A stretch of 64,000 nt of DNA from an uncultured Pseudomonadota bacterium (GCA_913058255.1 CAJXQU010000004.1:95302-159301); one strand, 5' to 3'. Positions 22,452-31,902 are shown, counted from the stretch's first letter. Notes: generated by a model not told the origin, from the sequence alone. A program made the numbers and translations.

Positions 22452-23996
22452 CTGATCTTCGGGCATCATAAACCCGGAAAATTTTACGCCAGATAATAAA
22501 GCCATCTCTCGATGCCAAGTTGCTAAATCATTTATGTTGAACAAATTCAACGACTCATGACCACATGCTCTAGCCATAACCTGCATGAGTTCAACAGACG
22601 CATCAAAGAAATTTCTTAGTTGAATGGCAGATTTTTCAACATTTAGCCGTTGCCGTAAGTCAGGTTTTTGTGTTGCTATACCAGCGGGACAATTATTAGT
22701 GTTGCACATACGTGCAGCTACACAGCCTATTGCTTGCATAGCGCTATTTGATACGGCGACACCATCAGCGCCTAAGGCCATCGCTTTTACAAAGTCCATC
22801 GGCGTACGTAAGCCACCAGTGATGATAAGAGTTACTTGACCGCTAACGCCTTGCCTGTCTAAGTAACTACGCGCTCGAGCTAATGCAGGTATCGTTGGAA
22901 CACTGATGTGATCTCGGAACATTTCTGGTGCCGCGCCGGTACCACCGCCACGTCCATCTAAGATGATGTAATCAGCACTGGCATCTAATGCAAATTGAAT
23001 GTCTTCTTCAATATGATTGGCACTCAGTTTAAAACCAATAGGAATACCACCAGTCACACTTCGAACACGGTCAGCAAATTTTTTGTAATCCGCAGCAGTG
23101 TGTAAGTTTTTGAAAGTAGGGGGAGATATGGCTGGTTCACCCTTGGGAATATTGCGTACTTCTGAAATTTTACCTATATTTTTATTACCAGGAAGGTGAC
23201 CACCTGTTCCTGTTTTTGCACCTTGCCCGCCTTTGAAGTGAAAAGCCTGTACATTTTTTAGCTTAGCTTCATCATACCCAAATTGAGCACTTGCCAATTC
23301 ATAGAAATAGCGAGAATTAGCGGCTTGCTCCTCTGGTAACATCCCTCCTTCACCAGAACAAATACCGGTGCCTGATAATTCAGCTCCTTTTGATAAAGCC
23401 AGTTTTGCTTCTTCTGACAATGCCCCAAAACTCATGTCGGATACAAATAAAGGAATGTTTAATATCAGTGGTTTTTTAGCGTTTGGGCCAATCACTAATT
23501 CGGTACTAACGGCTACATCTTCGAACAAGGGCTTCGTTGCCATCTGGGCGGTCATGACTTGGATATCATCCCAATGCGGCAACAAATGACGGGGTACACC
23601 CATTGAGGTCATTGGACCATGATGTCCCATTTTCGACAAACCATCCTTAGCTAACTGATGTATAAACTCGACTGTAGGTTCTTCCACCGTAACACTAGCA
23701 ATAGGAATTTTACTGGAGTTAGCTTGAATACTCGGCCCTTCTTTACCGATGGCACTGTCGTCAAACTGCTTATGAGAGCCATCACAAAAGGGTAAGTTTG
23801 CCGAATGCTTGCACTGACATAAAAAAGCATCGTCAGACTTTTCAGCCGTAAATGGCTTGGGTTTAAATTTGGTTCCAGCATGTGAGCCGTCACAAAATGG
23901 CTGGTCATTAGAACGACCACAGGTGCAAAAGTAATATTCTTCACCTTCAGTTACAGAGACTTTTACTGGTTTGTTATTTGCTACTATCGGTTTCAT
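22446..23996 (-). CDS. FMN-binding glutamate synthase-like protein with two N-terminal CDGSH [2Fe-2S] domains
   Basis: CTCGRSNDQPFCDGSH and CQCKHSANLPFCDGSH; MSFGALS, GQGAKTGTGGHLP, DGRGGGTGAAP; CVAARMCNTNNC [3Fe-4S] motif. Confidence 0.9.
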   Translation of the reverse strand: MKPIVANNKPVKVSVTEGEEYYFCTCGRSNDQPFCDGSHAGTKFKPKPFTAEKSDDAFLCQCKHSANLPFCDGSHKQFDDSAIGKEGPSIQANSSKIPIASVTVEEPTVEFIHQLAKDGLSKMGHHGPMTSMGVPRHLLPHWDDIQVMTAQMATKPLFEDVAVSTELVIGPNAKKPLILNIPLFVSDMSFGALSEEAKLALSKGAELSGTGICSGEGGMLPEEQAANSRYFYELASAQFGYDEAKLKNVQAFHFKGGQGAKTGTGGHLPGNKNIGKISEVRNIPKGEPAISPPTFKNLHTAADYKKFADRVRSVTGGIPIGFKLSANHIEEDIQFALDASADYIILDGRGGGTGAAPEMFRDHISVPTIPALARARSYLDRQGVSGQVTLIITGGLRTPMDFVKAMALGADGVAVSNSAMQAIGCVAARMCNTNNCPAGIATQKPDLRQRLNVEKSAIQLRNFFDASVELMQVMARACGHESLNLFNINDLATWHREMALLSGVKFSGFMMPEDQA

Positions 23997-24018
23997 TAAT
24001 CAACTCCAAAATTGTGAG

Positions 24019-24100
24019 GTATAACACCATAAAATAAGTCTGTCGAAGCCAGCTCGATGGGAGACGCATTTTTTGTGACTGGAATGTATTAACAGTCTTA
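24019..24100 (-). repeat. Degenerate attC-like site
   Basis: GTATAAC core 22 nt from the start of the glutamate synthase-like gene; the far core is degenerate. Confidence 0.35.
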
Positions 24101-24424
24101 CTTAGTTGCTGCTTTATACGACGACATACTTACTTTCTTTAAACTCTTATACAATTCATTGTTTGTTTCTTAGGTAACCGTTGAATTGATACTTACCATT
24201 GCCCTCTTTAAATGTTTCTATTATATCAAAAGGTGAAAAATGTAAAGTTTCGATAGATTCACTATTCATTATAGTTTTTTTGAACACTTCCTTGTGATCG
24301 AATAGAACATTATCTCTACAAGGGCAGAGATATCATCTACTTTAAAAGTAATGAATAAATCTGAATTTTCATGATGAGTTTTTACAATTTTTGATCCATC
24401 GAAATTAATATTTATTTTGCTCAT
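24098..24424 (-). pseudogene. Decayed AT-rich cassette ORF of unknown function
   Basis: MSKININFDGSKIVKTHHENSDLFITFKVDD..., continued in a shifted frame as DNVLFDHKEVFKKTIMNSESIETLHFSPFDIIETFKEGNGKYQFNGYLRNKQ*, then stops. Confidence 0.45.
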
Positions 24425-24428
24425 AGGC

Positions 24429-24497
24429 CGTTAAGGCTTCGCATCAGTGGTCGATAAAGCGAGTAGTGAACTTGTCCCCATAAAGCTCCTTCTATAG
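24429..24497 (-). repeat. Degenerate attC-like site downstream of nnrU
   Basis: Minus strand CTATAG-AAGGAGCTTTATGGGGACAA...CCACTGATGCGAAGC-CTTAACG resembles short attC sites with both cores mutated; overlaps the nnrU stop. Confidence 0.4.
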
Positions 24498-25058
24498 AAG
24501 AATTGCAGGCATGCCAGAAATGTATGGGTGTGCAAGCAAAAATATTGCAAACATAACCAAGCCCTTTGATAGCATTAATAACTCAGATTTGATTGATGCT
24601 GGCTCAGGTTTAACCCATGCTCCTTCTCGCTTACTTATTAAAACAATTTCTACAATAGCCCAAACACCCAGTGTGCCAAACAAAACTAAAGATCTATTAT
24701 CACCATTAGAAAAAAGGTGACCAATGCTCCAGAGCACGAGACCAGTTAATTGGGGATGTCTAATAATACGTTTTATGTTGGTTGCAGAATGTGCTGCAGA
24801 AAATAGTATAAAGGCAATAAGAGCAAGCAGGCTAGTTAGAACCCTACTCCATTCTGGCAATACATATATATTAACAGGATCAATCGAACGCCAACCAAAA
24901 ACCATAGCTACTATTGAACTAACTATTAAAATAGTGAAAATAATTTTATACGATGTTTCGCCAAGCCTGATAATGAGTTGCTTTCGAAATGGTATTATCA
25001 ACGACGGAACAAAATGTACTCCAGACCATAGAGCAAGTCCGATTATTAATAATATCAT
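24492..25058 (-). CDS. nnrU: NnrU-family membrane protein
   Basis: GLALWSGVHF, IIRHPQLTG and WSIGHLFSNGD motifs; C-terminal AHPYISG. Confidence 0.88.
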   Translation of the reverse strand: MILLIIGLALWSGVHFVPSLIIPFRKQLIIRLGETSYKIIFTILIVSSIVAMVFGWRSIDPVNIYVLPEWSRVLTSLLALIAFILFSAAHSATNIKRIIRHPQLTGLVLWSIGHLFSNGDNRSLVLFGTLGVWAIVEIVLISKREGAWVKPEPASIKSELLMLSKGLVMFAIFLLAHPYISGMPAILL

Positions 25059-25084
25059 TAGCTAACCTTGATTGTTGAGTGATT

Positions 25085-25213
25085 GCCTAACTATAAATAT
25101 ACCTTAAAAGCAGCAGTAATACTTCCTTAATTCAGGCACTGAAAAACTATTAAGCGACCACTTAGGATTACAAAAATTTTTCTTTCCTAACTTTATTTTG
25201 ATTGAAGTTAAGA
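25085..25213 (-). repeat. attC-like site upstream of nnrU
   Basis: GCCTAACTATAAATATACCTTAAAAG...TTGAAGTTAAGA, 129 bp; core 26 nt from the nnrU start; shares its end sequence with the 22137 site. Confidence 0.5.
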
Positions 25214-25357
25214 ACCACATAATTTATCTGTTTATAAATTTGTGAAGCTATTCTTACTGCCTGCATTTTTCTCTGATCTATCGTAATGCCGAAGCCGGAT
25301 GGAAGGAAACACTTCCCATCAATTGAGGTATGACGGTTAACTCCTGAATTTCGAATT

Positions 25358-25419
25358 TTTTAGTAATGCCTGTCCTTTTAGTAATGCCTGTCCAAATTAA
25401 AATCGATCCAAATTAAAAT
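25358..25419 (+). repeat. Tandem duplications at the left end of the transposase element
   Basis: TTTTAGTAATGCCTGTCC x2 (25358-25393); TCCAAATTAAAAT x2 (25391, 25407). Confidence 0.9.
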
Positions 25420-25588
25420 TGTTTATAAGTATAACTAAATAGTGTGGTGGTAAAAGAAAATATGATAAAGCTAGCCTCCTAGAAGAATCGTAATAAATCA
25501 TTAATTATCAATGGTTAAGTTGACGTAGTAGCCTTGGCTGTAAGAAGATAGACAAACTCATAAAGGACTATAGTAGGGATTAAAATTT

Positions 25589-26569
25589 ATGCCCCAGCCA
25601 CGGAAAGCACTGATAGCAATCGAAGACACACCTTATTACCACTTCACCTCCCGCTGTGTACGCAGAACATTTCTGTGCGGCGAAGACAAAGAAACAGGCA
25701 AAAATTATGAGCACAGAAAGCTTTGGCTAGAAAACCGCATAAGATTACTCGCTAGTATATTCACTATCGACATTTGCGCCTACGCTGTCATGTCAAACCA
25801 CTACCATCTCGTCGTTAAACTTAGCCCAGAACAAGCTGATGATTGGAGCGATAGAGACGTCGTAGACCGTTGGACCACACTCTACAAAGGCACCTACCTA
25901 GTCCAGCAATGGAAACAGAACAAAAAACAAACCAAAGCTGAACAGCAAACGACCCTAGAAACTATCAACCGCTATAGAATCCAACTAAAAGATCCCAGCT
26001 GGTTTATGAAATGTTTAAATGAACCGATAGCCAGACAAGCCAACAAAGAAGAAAACATCACAGGACATTTTTGGGAAGCACGATTCAAATCCCAAGCCTT
26101 ACTCACAGAACAGGCCTTACTAAGTTGCATGGCCTATGTAGACTTGAACCCCGTTAGAGCGAATATTAATCCAACACCGGAAGACTCAGAACACACCAGT
26201 ATCAAAGAACGCATACAAAAAACATTTGATTTAAAAGAAGCGGTTTCTCAACAAGACCAAGAAGATGCTCTCTACAAATTCAATTTACCGTTAAAGCCTT
26301 TAAAAGTATTTGAAGGACATTTAACGCAAGAAGAACAAAGGGGGATTTTATTCAGCGAGCAAGACTATCTACAACTAGTCGACACCACAGGTAGAATTAT
26401 CAGGGAAGATAAGAAAGGGCACATCAACCAAAACCTACATCCCATACTAGAACGCTTAAACATCACCTCAAACGAATGGCTAGAAAACACTATTCAATTT
26501 GAAGAGCGTTATCAAAAACACTTCGCTAAAAGACGAAGACCAAGAGAAAAATTAGCTGACACTGGTTAG
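25589..26569 (+). mobile_element. HUH/Y1 transposase, REP-associated tyrosine transposase (RAYT)-like
   Basis: TPYYHFTSRCVRR, YAVMSNHYH (HUH), GHFWEARFKS and YVDLNPVRA (catalytic Tyr). Confidence 0.9.
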
Positions 26570-26704
26570 CAAGCAAGCTAACGATCAAAAATACCGGTCA
26601 ATCAACCATTGATGTAAAGCATGCCTGTCATTTGTAACTTCTAGAAAAAGTTCATCAAAAACTAGAAAAACAAACAAAATTAAAAGAGAAGAGAGGAAAC
26701 CAAA

Positions 26705-26850
26705 CTATAAATCCAAGAAAGGCTTAAAGCTTTTTAAGTTGTGCCTGTCCAGTTTGCGGTCCAGTTTGGGGCAGTTTGCGATGCTCAGTTTGCGATGCTA
26801 TAAACCCAAGAAAGGCTTAAAGTTTTTTAAGTTGTGCCTGTCCAGTTTGC
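26705..26850 (+). repeat. Two 53-bp direct repeats with CAGTTTG microrepeats at the right end of the element
   Basis: 26705-26757 and 26798-26850 differ at 2 positions, both contain TGCCTGTCC, and CAGTTTG occurs five times. Confidence 0.92.
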
Positions 26851-26884
26851 TGTTAAAGTGTTAGGTTCAGACTTGATGACTGCC

Positions 26885-27388
26885 TTATTTACCTCGTTTT
26901 TTATCTTTTTTAGTGAAAATTCGAGTACCTAACTCTACTATCTTATTTGTATCTTTATCTATCAGTGCAAAGCCGATAGAATTAGATCCTATATCAAGCC
27001 CCATGATCAGCTTTGATTTATCTGACAAATTCCTAGTTGTAGTTTCCAAAGATTTTATTTTTTCTAACTTAGCGATAGCTTCATCTTTTGTTAATAGTTT
27101 TTTTTCCTGCTCATGAATGATGTCATCCTTAATGTCGTTTGTTAATTGTTTTTGCTTCTTTAACAACTCAGGAAGATCACTAACCAAATCTTTATAAAGG
27201 TTCGCCACTTTTTCTGCATCACTAGAACGGGCTTGTAACGCATTAATGGCTTCTTTTTGAGTAATTACAACCTTCTCTAAGGAGTTAAGCTTCGCATATA
27301 TGCCTTTAACTAAAAACCAAACAAATACGACGATTCCACCTGTTTCAAGGATACTCGTAATAATTGTTACTATTTGTTCATTATTCAT
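26885..27388 (-). CDS. Hypothetical membrane protein: N-terminal TM, coiled coil, C-terminal Cas9-like RuvC-I segment
   Basis: Hydrophobic residues ~6-30, K/E/L-rich helix, ends KLIMGLDIGSNSIGFALIDKDTNKIVELGTRIFTKKDKKRGK. Confidence 0.75.
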   Translation of the reverse strand: MNNEQIVTIITSILETGGIVVFVWFLVKGIYAKLNSLEKVVITQKEAINALQARSSDAEKVANLYKDLVSDLPELLKKQKQLTNDIKDDIIHEQEKKLLTKDEAIAKLEKIKSLETTTRNLSDKSKLIMGLDIGSNSIGFALIDKDTNKIVELGTRIFTKKDKKRGK

Positions 27389-27450
27389 ATAAAAAGTTAT
27401 TTATAAGTAGATTTTCCCAATATCAACTAGCCTGCAGTGCTGTGAAGAAA

Positions 27451-29127
27451 CTACCCAACCAACATCTCCTCAGCATGCTTCAAAGTCTGCTCAGTAATCG
27501 TCAAACCACCCAACATACGAGCAATCTCATCAATTCTTTGCTCAGGCTCAAGCGGTGTAATTTGTGTCCAGGTGTTATCTTTATCGCTATCTTTTTTCAC
27601 TAACATATGATTATGGCCTTGCGAGGCAACCTGCGGTAAATGTGTGACGCAGAGGACTTGTTTTTGCTCGCCTAAGCCGCGCATTTTTTTACCAACAATT
27701 TCAGCGATGCCGCCACCGATGCCGACATCGACTTCGTCGAAGACCATTGTCGGAACGCCTTTGCCTTGAGCGGTGATGACTTGGATGGCGAGGCTGATCC
27801 TTGATAGCTCACCGCCTGAGGCGACTTTGCTAAGTGCCTGTGGTTCTTGACCAGGGTTGGCGCTGACGAGGAATTCTATTTGGTCTATTCCAAACAGGGT
27901 TGGCTTCTCATCGTCTTTGTTGATCAGGCTTGCTTCAAAACGTCCGCCAGCCATACCCAATATTTGCATTTCTTTACTGATGACATCAGAAAGTTTTTTT
28001 GCGAATTTGTTTCTGCTCTCGCTGAGTTTTTGTGCGGTTTTTTTGTATTTCTCTAAGGCTTGGATTTGTTCGCTTTGCAACTCTTGAAAACGTTGGTCGC
28101 TGTTTTCCAAATCACTTAGTTGTGTTGTTAGTTTTTCAAATGTTTCTGGTAGTGTTTCTATTTTTGTTTGATGCTTTCTGGCTAAGTCGTGCAGCGTTCC
28201 TAAACGAGATTCGATGCTATCAAATTCGTTTTTGTCGAAGTCTAAGCTGCCAATTAAATCACGTAGTTGGGTTTCTGATTCTTCCAACTGAATATTTACT
28301 TCGTTTAGGACCTCTAGAATCGATGCAATTTTTGGATCGAAATCACTAACGGCATCGAGTGCGCTGATGGCGCTGCCCAGACTGGTAGCGATATTTGCTG
28401 CTTGCGAGTTTTCTTCGTCGAATAGCGCGGTTGCTGTCTGACAGGCTTCGGCTATCTGCGTCATGTTCGCTAGACGTTTATGTTTTTCTAATGTGGCGAG
28501 TAAATCATCAGAGTTAACAATGGAAGTTTCTAGCTCTTGAATTTGATAACGTAATAAATCTTTTTGCGCTTCGCGTTCGGAAGGATCGTCGCTGAGTGCT
28601 TCAAGTTCTGTGGTGATGTTTTTCCATTGTTCGGCTGTTTTCCTGACAGCTTTGGTGAGAGTGTCATGACCTGCAAATTCATCAAGCATTTCGCGTTGGG
28701 TATCTTTTCTTAACAACGATTGGTGTGCGTGTTGGCCGTGAATATCGATGAGATGTTCGCTGAGACTTTTTAGCGTTTGTACGGGAACGGAGACGCCGTT
28801 GATGTAAGCACGTGATCGACCATCTTTGCTGATCTGACGTCTTAGTAAGCAATCGTCATCTTCGTGATCAATATCTTGTTCGTCGAGTAATGCTTGAGCG
28901 GCGGGCAGTTTGGAAATATCAAAGATCGCGCTGATCGAGGTTTTGTCCGCCCCATTTCTCACCACGCCACTTTGGGCGCGATCACCTAGCACGAGTCCAA
29001 GTGCATCGATCATAATCGATTTACCTGCGCCAGTCTCGCCAGAGAAGACTGTCATGCCGTCGTTGAATTCTAACTCCAGCTCATCAACGATGGCGAAGTT
29101 TTTTACTGAAAGTTGCCTTAACCCCAT
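27451..29127 (-). CDS. recN: DNA repair protein RecN
   Basis: GETGAGKS, ASGGELSR, FDEVDVG and THLPQVA motifs. Confidence 0.98.
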   Translation of the reverse strand: MGLRQLSVKNFAIVDELELEFNDGMTVFSGETGAGKSIMIDALGLVLGDRAQSGVVRNGADKTSISAIFDISKLPAAQALLDEQDIDHEDDDCLLRRQISKDGRSRAYINGVSVPVQTLKSLSEHLIDIHGQHAHQSLLRKDTQREMLDEFAGHDTLTKAVRKTAEQWKNITTELEALSDDPSEREAQKDLLRYQIQELETSIVNSDDLLATLEKHKRLANMTQIAEACQTATALFDEENSQAANIATSLGSAISALDAVSDFDPKIASILEVLNEVNIQLEESETQLRDLIGSLDFDKNEFDSIESRLGTLHDLARKHQTKIETLPETFEKLTTQLSDLENSDQRFQELQSEQIQALEKYKKTAQKLSESRNKFAKKLSDVISKEMQILGMAGGRFEASLINKDDEKPTLFGIDQIEFLVSANPGQEPQALSKVASGGELSRISLAIQVITAQGKGVPTMVFDEVDVGIGGGIAEIVGKKMRGLGEQKQVLCVTHLPQVASQGHNHMLVKKDSDKDNTWTQITPLEPEQRIDEIARMLGGLTITEQTLKHAEEMLVG

Positions 29128-29975
29128 TGTAGTTTCGCGCGTAAGGTTGCGTAGTAGTCGTGATCATTTGGATGGATCAGTCGAATAAAACGATCACTTC
29201 TTTCAATCGTTATTTTGTCGTCTTGAGCCATGGTGAACTTTACATTTCCATCACAGGTAAGGCGTGCATGTTTTGCTTCTGGCGTGCTCACTTCAATACT
29301 TATTTTACTATCGGCGCTAACAACGAGAGGCCGGTTGCTGAGAGTGTGTGGACAGATGGGAACAAGCGATAGTGCATTTAGGCTAGGGTGTAAAATAGGG
29401 CCTCCACAAGAGAGGGCATAGGCGGTAGAACCTGTCGGTGTTGATATGATCAGGCCATCAGCACGTTGACTGTTGACGAAAACATCATCGATGTATGTGT
29501 CAAAGGTGATCAATCGAGCAGTATCCCATTTCTGTAAAACGGTATCGTTTAATGCCGTGAAGGTGCCTTGCACTTCACCGTTTCGAATCACTGAGCAACG
29601 TAAAATTGAACGATGTTCTTCAATAAAGTCGCCAGCAAGGATTTGATCAAGCTGTTGTTCCATTTCGTTTGGAGATATATCGGTTAGAAACCCCAAGGTG
29701 CCTAAGTTGATACCGAGTAGCCGTACATCAAAGCTGGGTAGATGTTGAGCCGCATGTAGCAATGTGCCATCGCCACCGATGGAAATCAGTAGATCACGGT
29801 TTTCAGTGTTGAGTGGACTGAGACCGGATTTTTGATCTTCACTGAGCTGTGCTGAGCACTGCTTATCAATAGCGATATCGATTTCTTGCGCTTTGAGATA
29901 GCGGATCAGTTGGATGAGTGCCTGTTGAACTCGTTCGTCGTCAGGTTTGGCAATTAGACCGATTTTCTTAAACAT
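29118..29975 (-). CDS. nadK: NAD kinase
   Basis: GGDGTLL, GINLGTLGFL and TPTGSTAY motifs. Confidence 0.97.
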   Translation of the reverse strand: MFKKIGLIAKPDDERVQQALIQLIRYLKAQEIDIAIDKQCSAQLSEDQKSGLSPLNTENRDLLISIGGDGTLLHAAQHLPSFDVRLLGINLGTLGFLTDISPNEMEQQLDQILAGDFIEEHRSILRCSVIRNGEVQGTFTALNDTVLQKWDTARLITFDTYIDDVFVNSQRADGLIISTPTGSTAYALSCGGPILHPSLNALSLVPICPHTLSNRPLVVSADSKISIEVSTPEAKHARLTCDGNVKFTMAQDDKITIERSDRFIRLIHPNDHDYYATLRAKLQWG

Positions 29976-30063
29976 GGGGGAGAAGTTAGCAGTTCTTTTT
30001 ATGGCTCACAACGATTATTTTAACAAACTACCACATCTTGCGTCTGTTATTGAGGGAACAATT

Positions 30064-30090
30064 TTTGCACTCTTCATAGTAGAGTGCTAA
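30064..30090 (+). promoter_or_regulatory. CIRCE element (HrcA operator)
   Basis: TTTGCACTC-N9-GAGTGCTAA, one mismatch from consensus, upstream of hrcA. Confidence 0.92.
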
Positions 30091-30137
30091 ATTCTCGCGC
30101 TCAATATTGGAACGCTTGTCAGATAAATAGTGAAAGT

Positions 30138-31187
30138 ATGACGAATAAACCAGAACATAAAGATATGACGGAACGTCAACAGCATCTGTTGAAGGTGTTA
30201 GTGGAGCGTTATATTGGTGATGGGCAGCCGGTCGGTTCACGCACGCTGGTGAAAGAGTCGGGGCTAGATCTGAGTTCGGCAACTATTCGAAATGTGATGG
30301 CTGATCTGGAAGATTTAGGCTTGATTACATCGCCGCATACCTCGGCAGGACGCATTCCGACTAATTTAGGCTATCGGCTGTTTGTTGACTCTTTATTAAC
30401 GGTTGAGACACTTTCGACGGACGTGATCCAACGGATCTGTACGGATATTGAGTCGGAAGACGATGTGCAATCTTTGTTGGGCAAAACATCTTCTATGTTG
30501 TCTGAAGTGACTCAACTGGCTGGTTTGGTGATGATCCCACGTGCAGAGACACAGTCTTTGCGTCACGTTGAGTTTTTACCGTTGTCAGAAAATCGAGTAC
30601 TAGCGATTTTGGTCATCAATAACAAAGATGTGCAGAATAGGGTTATCCATACGCAGCGACCTTATTCAGCCTCGGAGTTGGAGCAGGCAGCAAATTATTT
30701 GAACCAAGCTTTTTCTGGCCGAAATCTTGCTTCTGTGCGATCGGACCTATTGAAAGAGATGTCTGAGGCGAAAGAGCAGGTTAACCATTTAATGACCACC
30801 GTTATTGAGATGACTGAGGCGTTAGATCGGGGTGCTCAAAAACAAGATTATGTGATTGCGGGTCAAACAAACTTGATGGAAGAAGGTCAGTTGACAGATA
30901 TTGATCAGCTGCGGCATCTATTTGAAGCCTTCAATCATAAACAGGATATTTTACATTTGCTTGATCAAGCGCTTGATGGTCAAGGCATTCAACTGTTTAT
31001 CGGTGAAGAGTCTGGTTATAAGGCGTTGGATGATTGCAGCATCGTTACATCGACTTACGAAGCCGATGGAGAGATTTTGGGTGTGCTGGGGATTATCGGC
31101 CCAACCCGAATGTCCTATGAAAAAGTGATCCCAATTGTCGATGTAACGGCAAAAATTTTGGGAACGACCTTGAAAACGCTGGGATAG
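30138..31187 (+). CDS. hrcA: Heat-inducible transcription repressor (start 30138 or 30165)
   Basis: PVGSRTL, SSATIRNVMADLE, PHTSAGRIPT and GIIGPTRM motifs. Confidence 0.97.
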   Translation: MTNKPEHKDMTERQQHLLKVLVERYIGDGQPVGSRTLVKESGLDLSSATIRNVMADLEDLGLITSPHTSAGRIPTNLGYRLFVDSLLTVETLSTDVIQRICTDIESEDDVQSLLGKTSSMLSEVTQLAGLVMIPRAETQSLRHVEFLPLSENRVLAILVINNKDVQNRVIHTQRPYSASELEQAANYLNQAFSGRNLASVRSDLLKEMSEAKEQVNHLMTTVIEMTEALDRGAQKQDYVIAGQTNLMEEGQLTDIDQLRHLFEAFNHKQDILHLLDQALDGQGIQLFIGEESGYKALDDCSIVTSTYEADGEILGVLGIIGPTRMSYEKVIPIVDVTAKILGTTLKTLG

Positions 31188-31196
31188 ACCCCAAGT
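31169..31196 (+). promoter_or_regulatory. Putative sigma-32 promoter for grpE
   Basis: CTTGAA-N14-CCCCAAGT overlapping the hrcA stop. Confidence 0.65.
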
Positions 31197-31257
31197 AAGA
31201 GTCTGAATTTAAAGTATCGTATTTGAACAACGTATTTTTGTGGAGAAAAGGTAACAA

Positions 31258-31851
31258 ATGACTAACGAAAATGAACCTCTAGAGAATGAGTCTTTAGATG
31301 CGTCGAAAGAAGAGGTTTTAGAAGGAACACTCGAAACTGGTGCACAAGATGGGGAACTTGATACGCAAGTAGAAGGTGAACCCGCGAGTGAACTAGAAGC
31401 ATTGCAAAAACAACTCGAATCAGCAGAGAAAAAAGCGGCTGAGAATTGGGAAACAGCACTACGCGCACAAGCCGAAACGGATAATGTTCGTAAGCGTGCG
31501 GTTAAAGATGTTGAAAGTGCTCATAAGTATTCGGTTGAAAAACTGGTTAATGAGTTTTTACCTGTCAAGGATAGTTTGGAGCTGGGCATCAACGCCGCGG
31601 AAACAGCCGATGTTGCCAATATGGTGGAAGGCATGGAGCTGACCTTAAAAACATTCACGACGGCCTTGGAAAAATGTGGGGTTGAGATTCTCGATCCAAC
31701 GGGTGAAAAATTTAACCCCGAACATCATCAAGCAATGACGATGGTTGAGAGCCCTGATGTGGAGTCAGGCATGGTGATCGACGTCATGCAAAAAGGTTAC
31801 TTGCTTAAAGATAGATTGATCAGGCCAGCAATGGTTATCGTTTCAAAATAG
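31258..31851 (+). CDS. grpE: Nucleotide exchange factor GrpE
   Basis: RAQAETDNVRKR, FNPEHHQA and QKGYLL..RLIRPAMV motifs. Confidence 0.98.
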   Translation: MTNENEPLENESLDASKEEVLEGTLETGAQDGELDTQVEGEPASELEALQKQLESAEKKAAENWETALRAQAETDNVRKRAVKDVESAHKYSVEKLVNEFLPVKDSLELGINAAETADVANMVEGMELTLKTFTTALEKCGVEILDPTGEKFNPEHHQAMTMVESPDVESGMVIDVMQKGYLLKDRLIRPAMVIVSK

Positions 31852-31902
31852 TCTTTAAAAGCAACATTCGATCAGAAATGATCAAAAAATACATAAACAT
31901 AA

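Noticed and set aside
26705..26850. Two 53-bp repeats next to the Cas9-like fragment as a mini CRISPR array
   Set aside because: Only two copies; the 40-bp spacer is built from repeat-derived CAGTTTG units; the TGCCTGTCC core is shared with the other side of the transposase.
26885..27388. Functional or simply truncated cas9 gene
   Set aside because: No bridge helix, REC or HNH sequence follows the stop, and the motif sits at the C-terminus of an unrelated TM protein.
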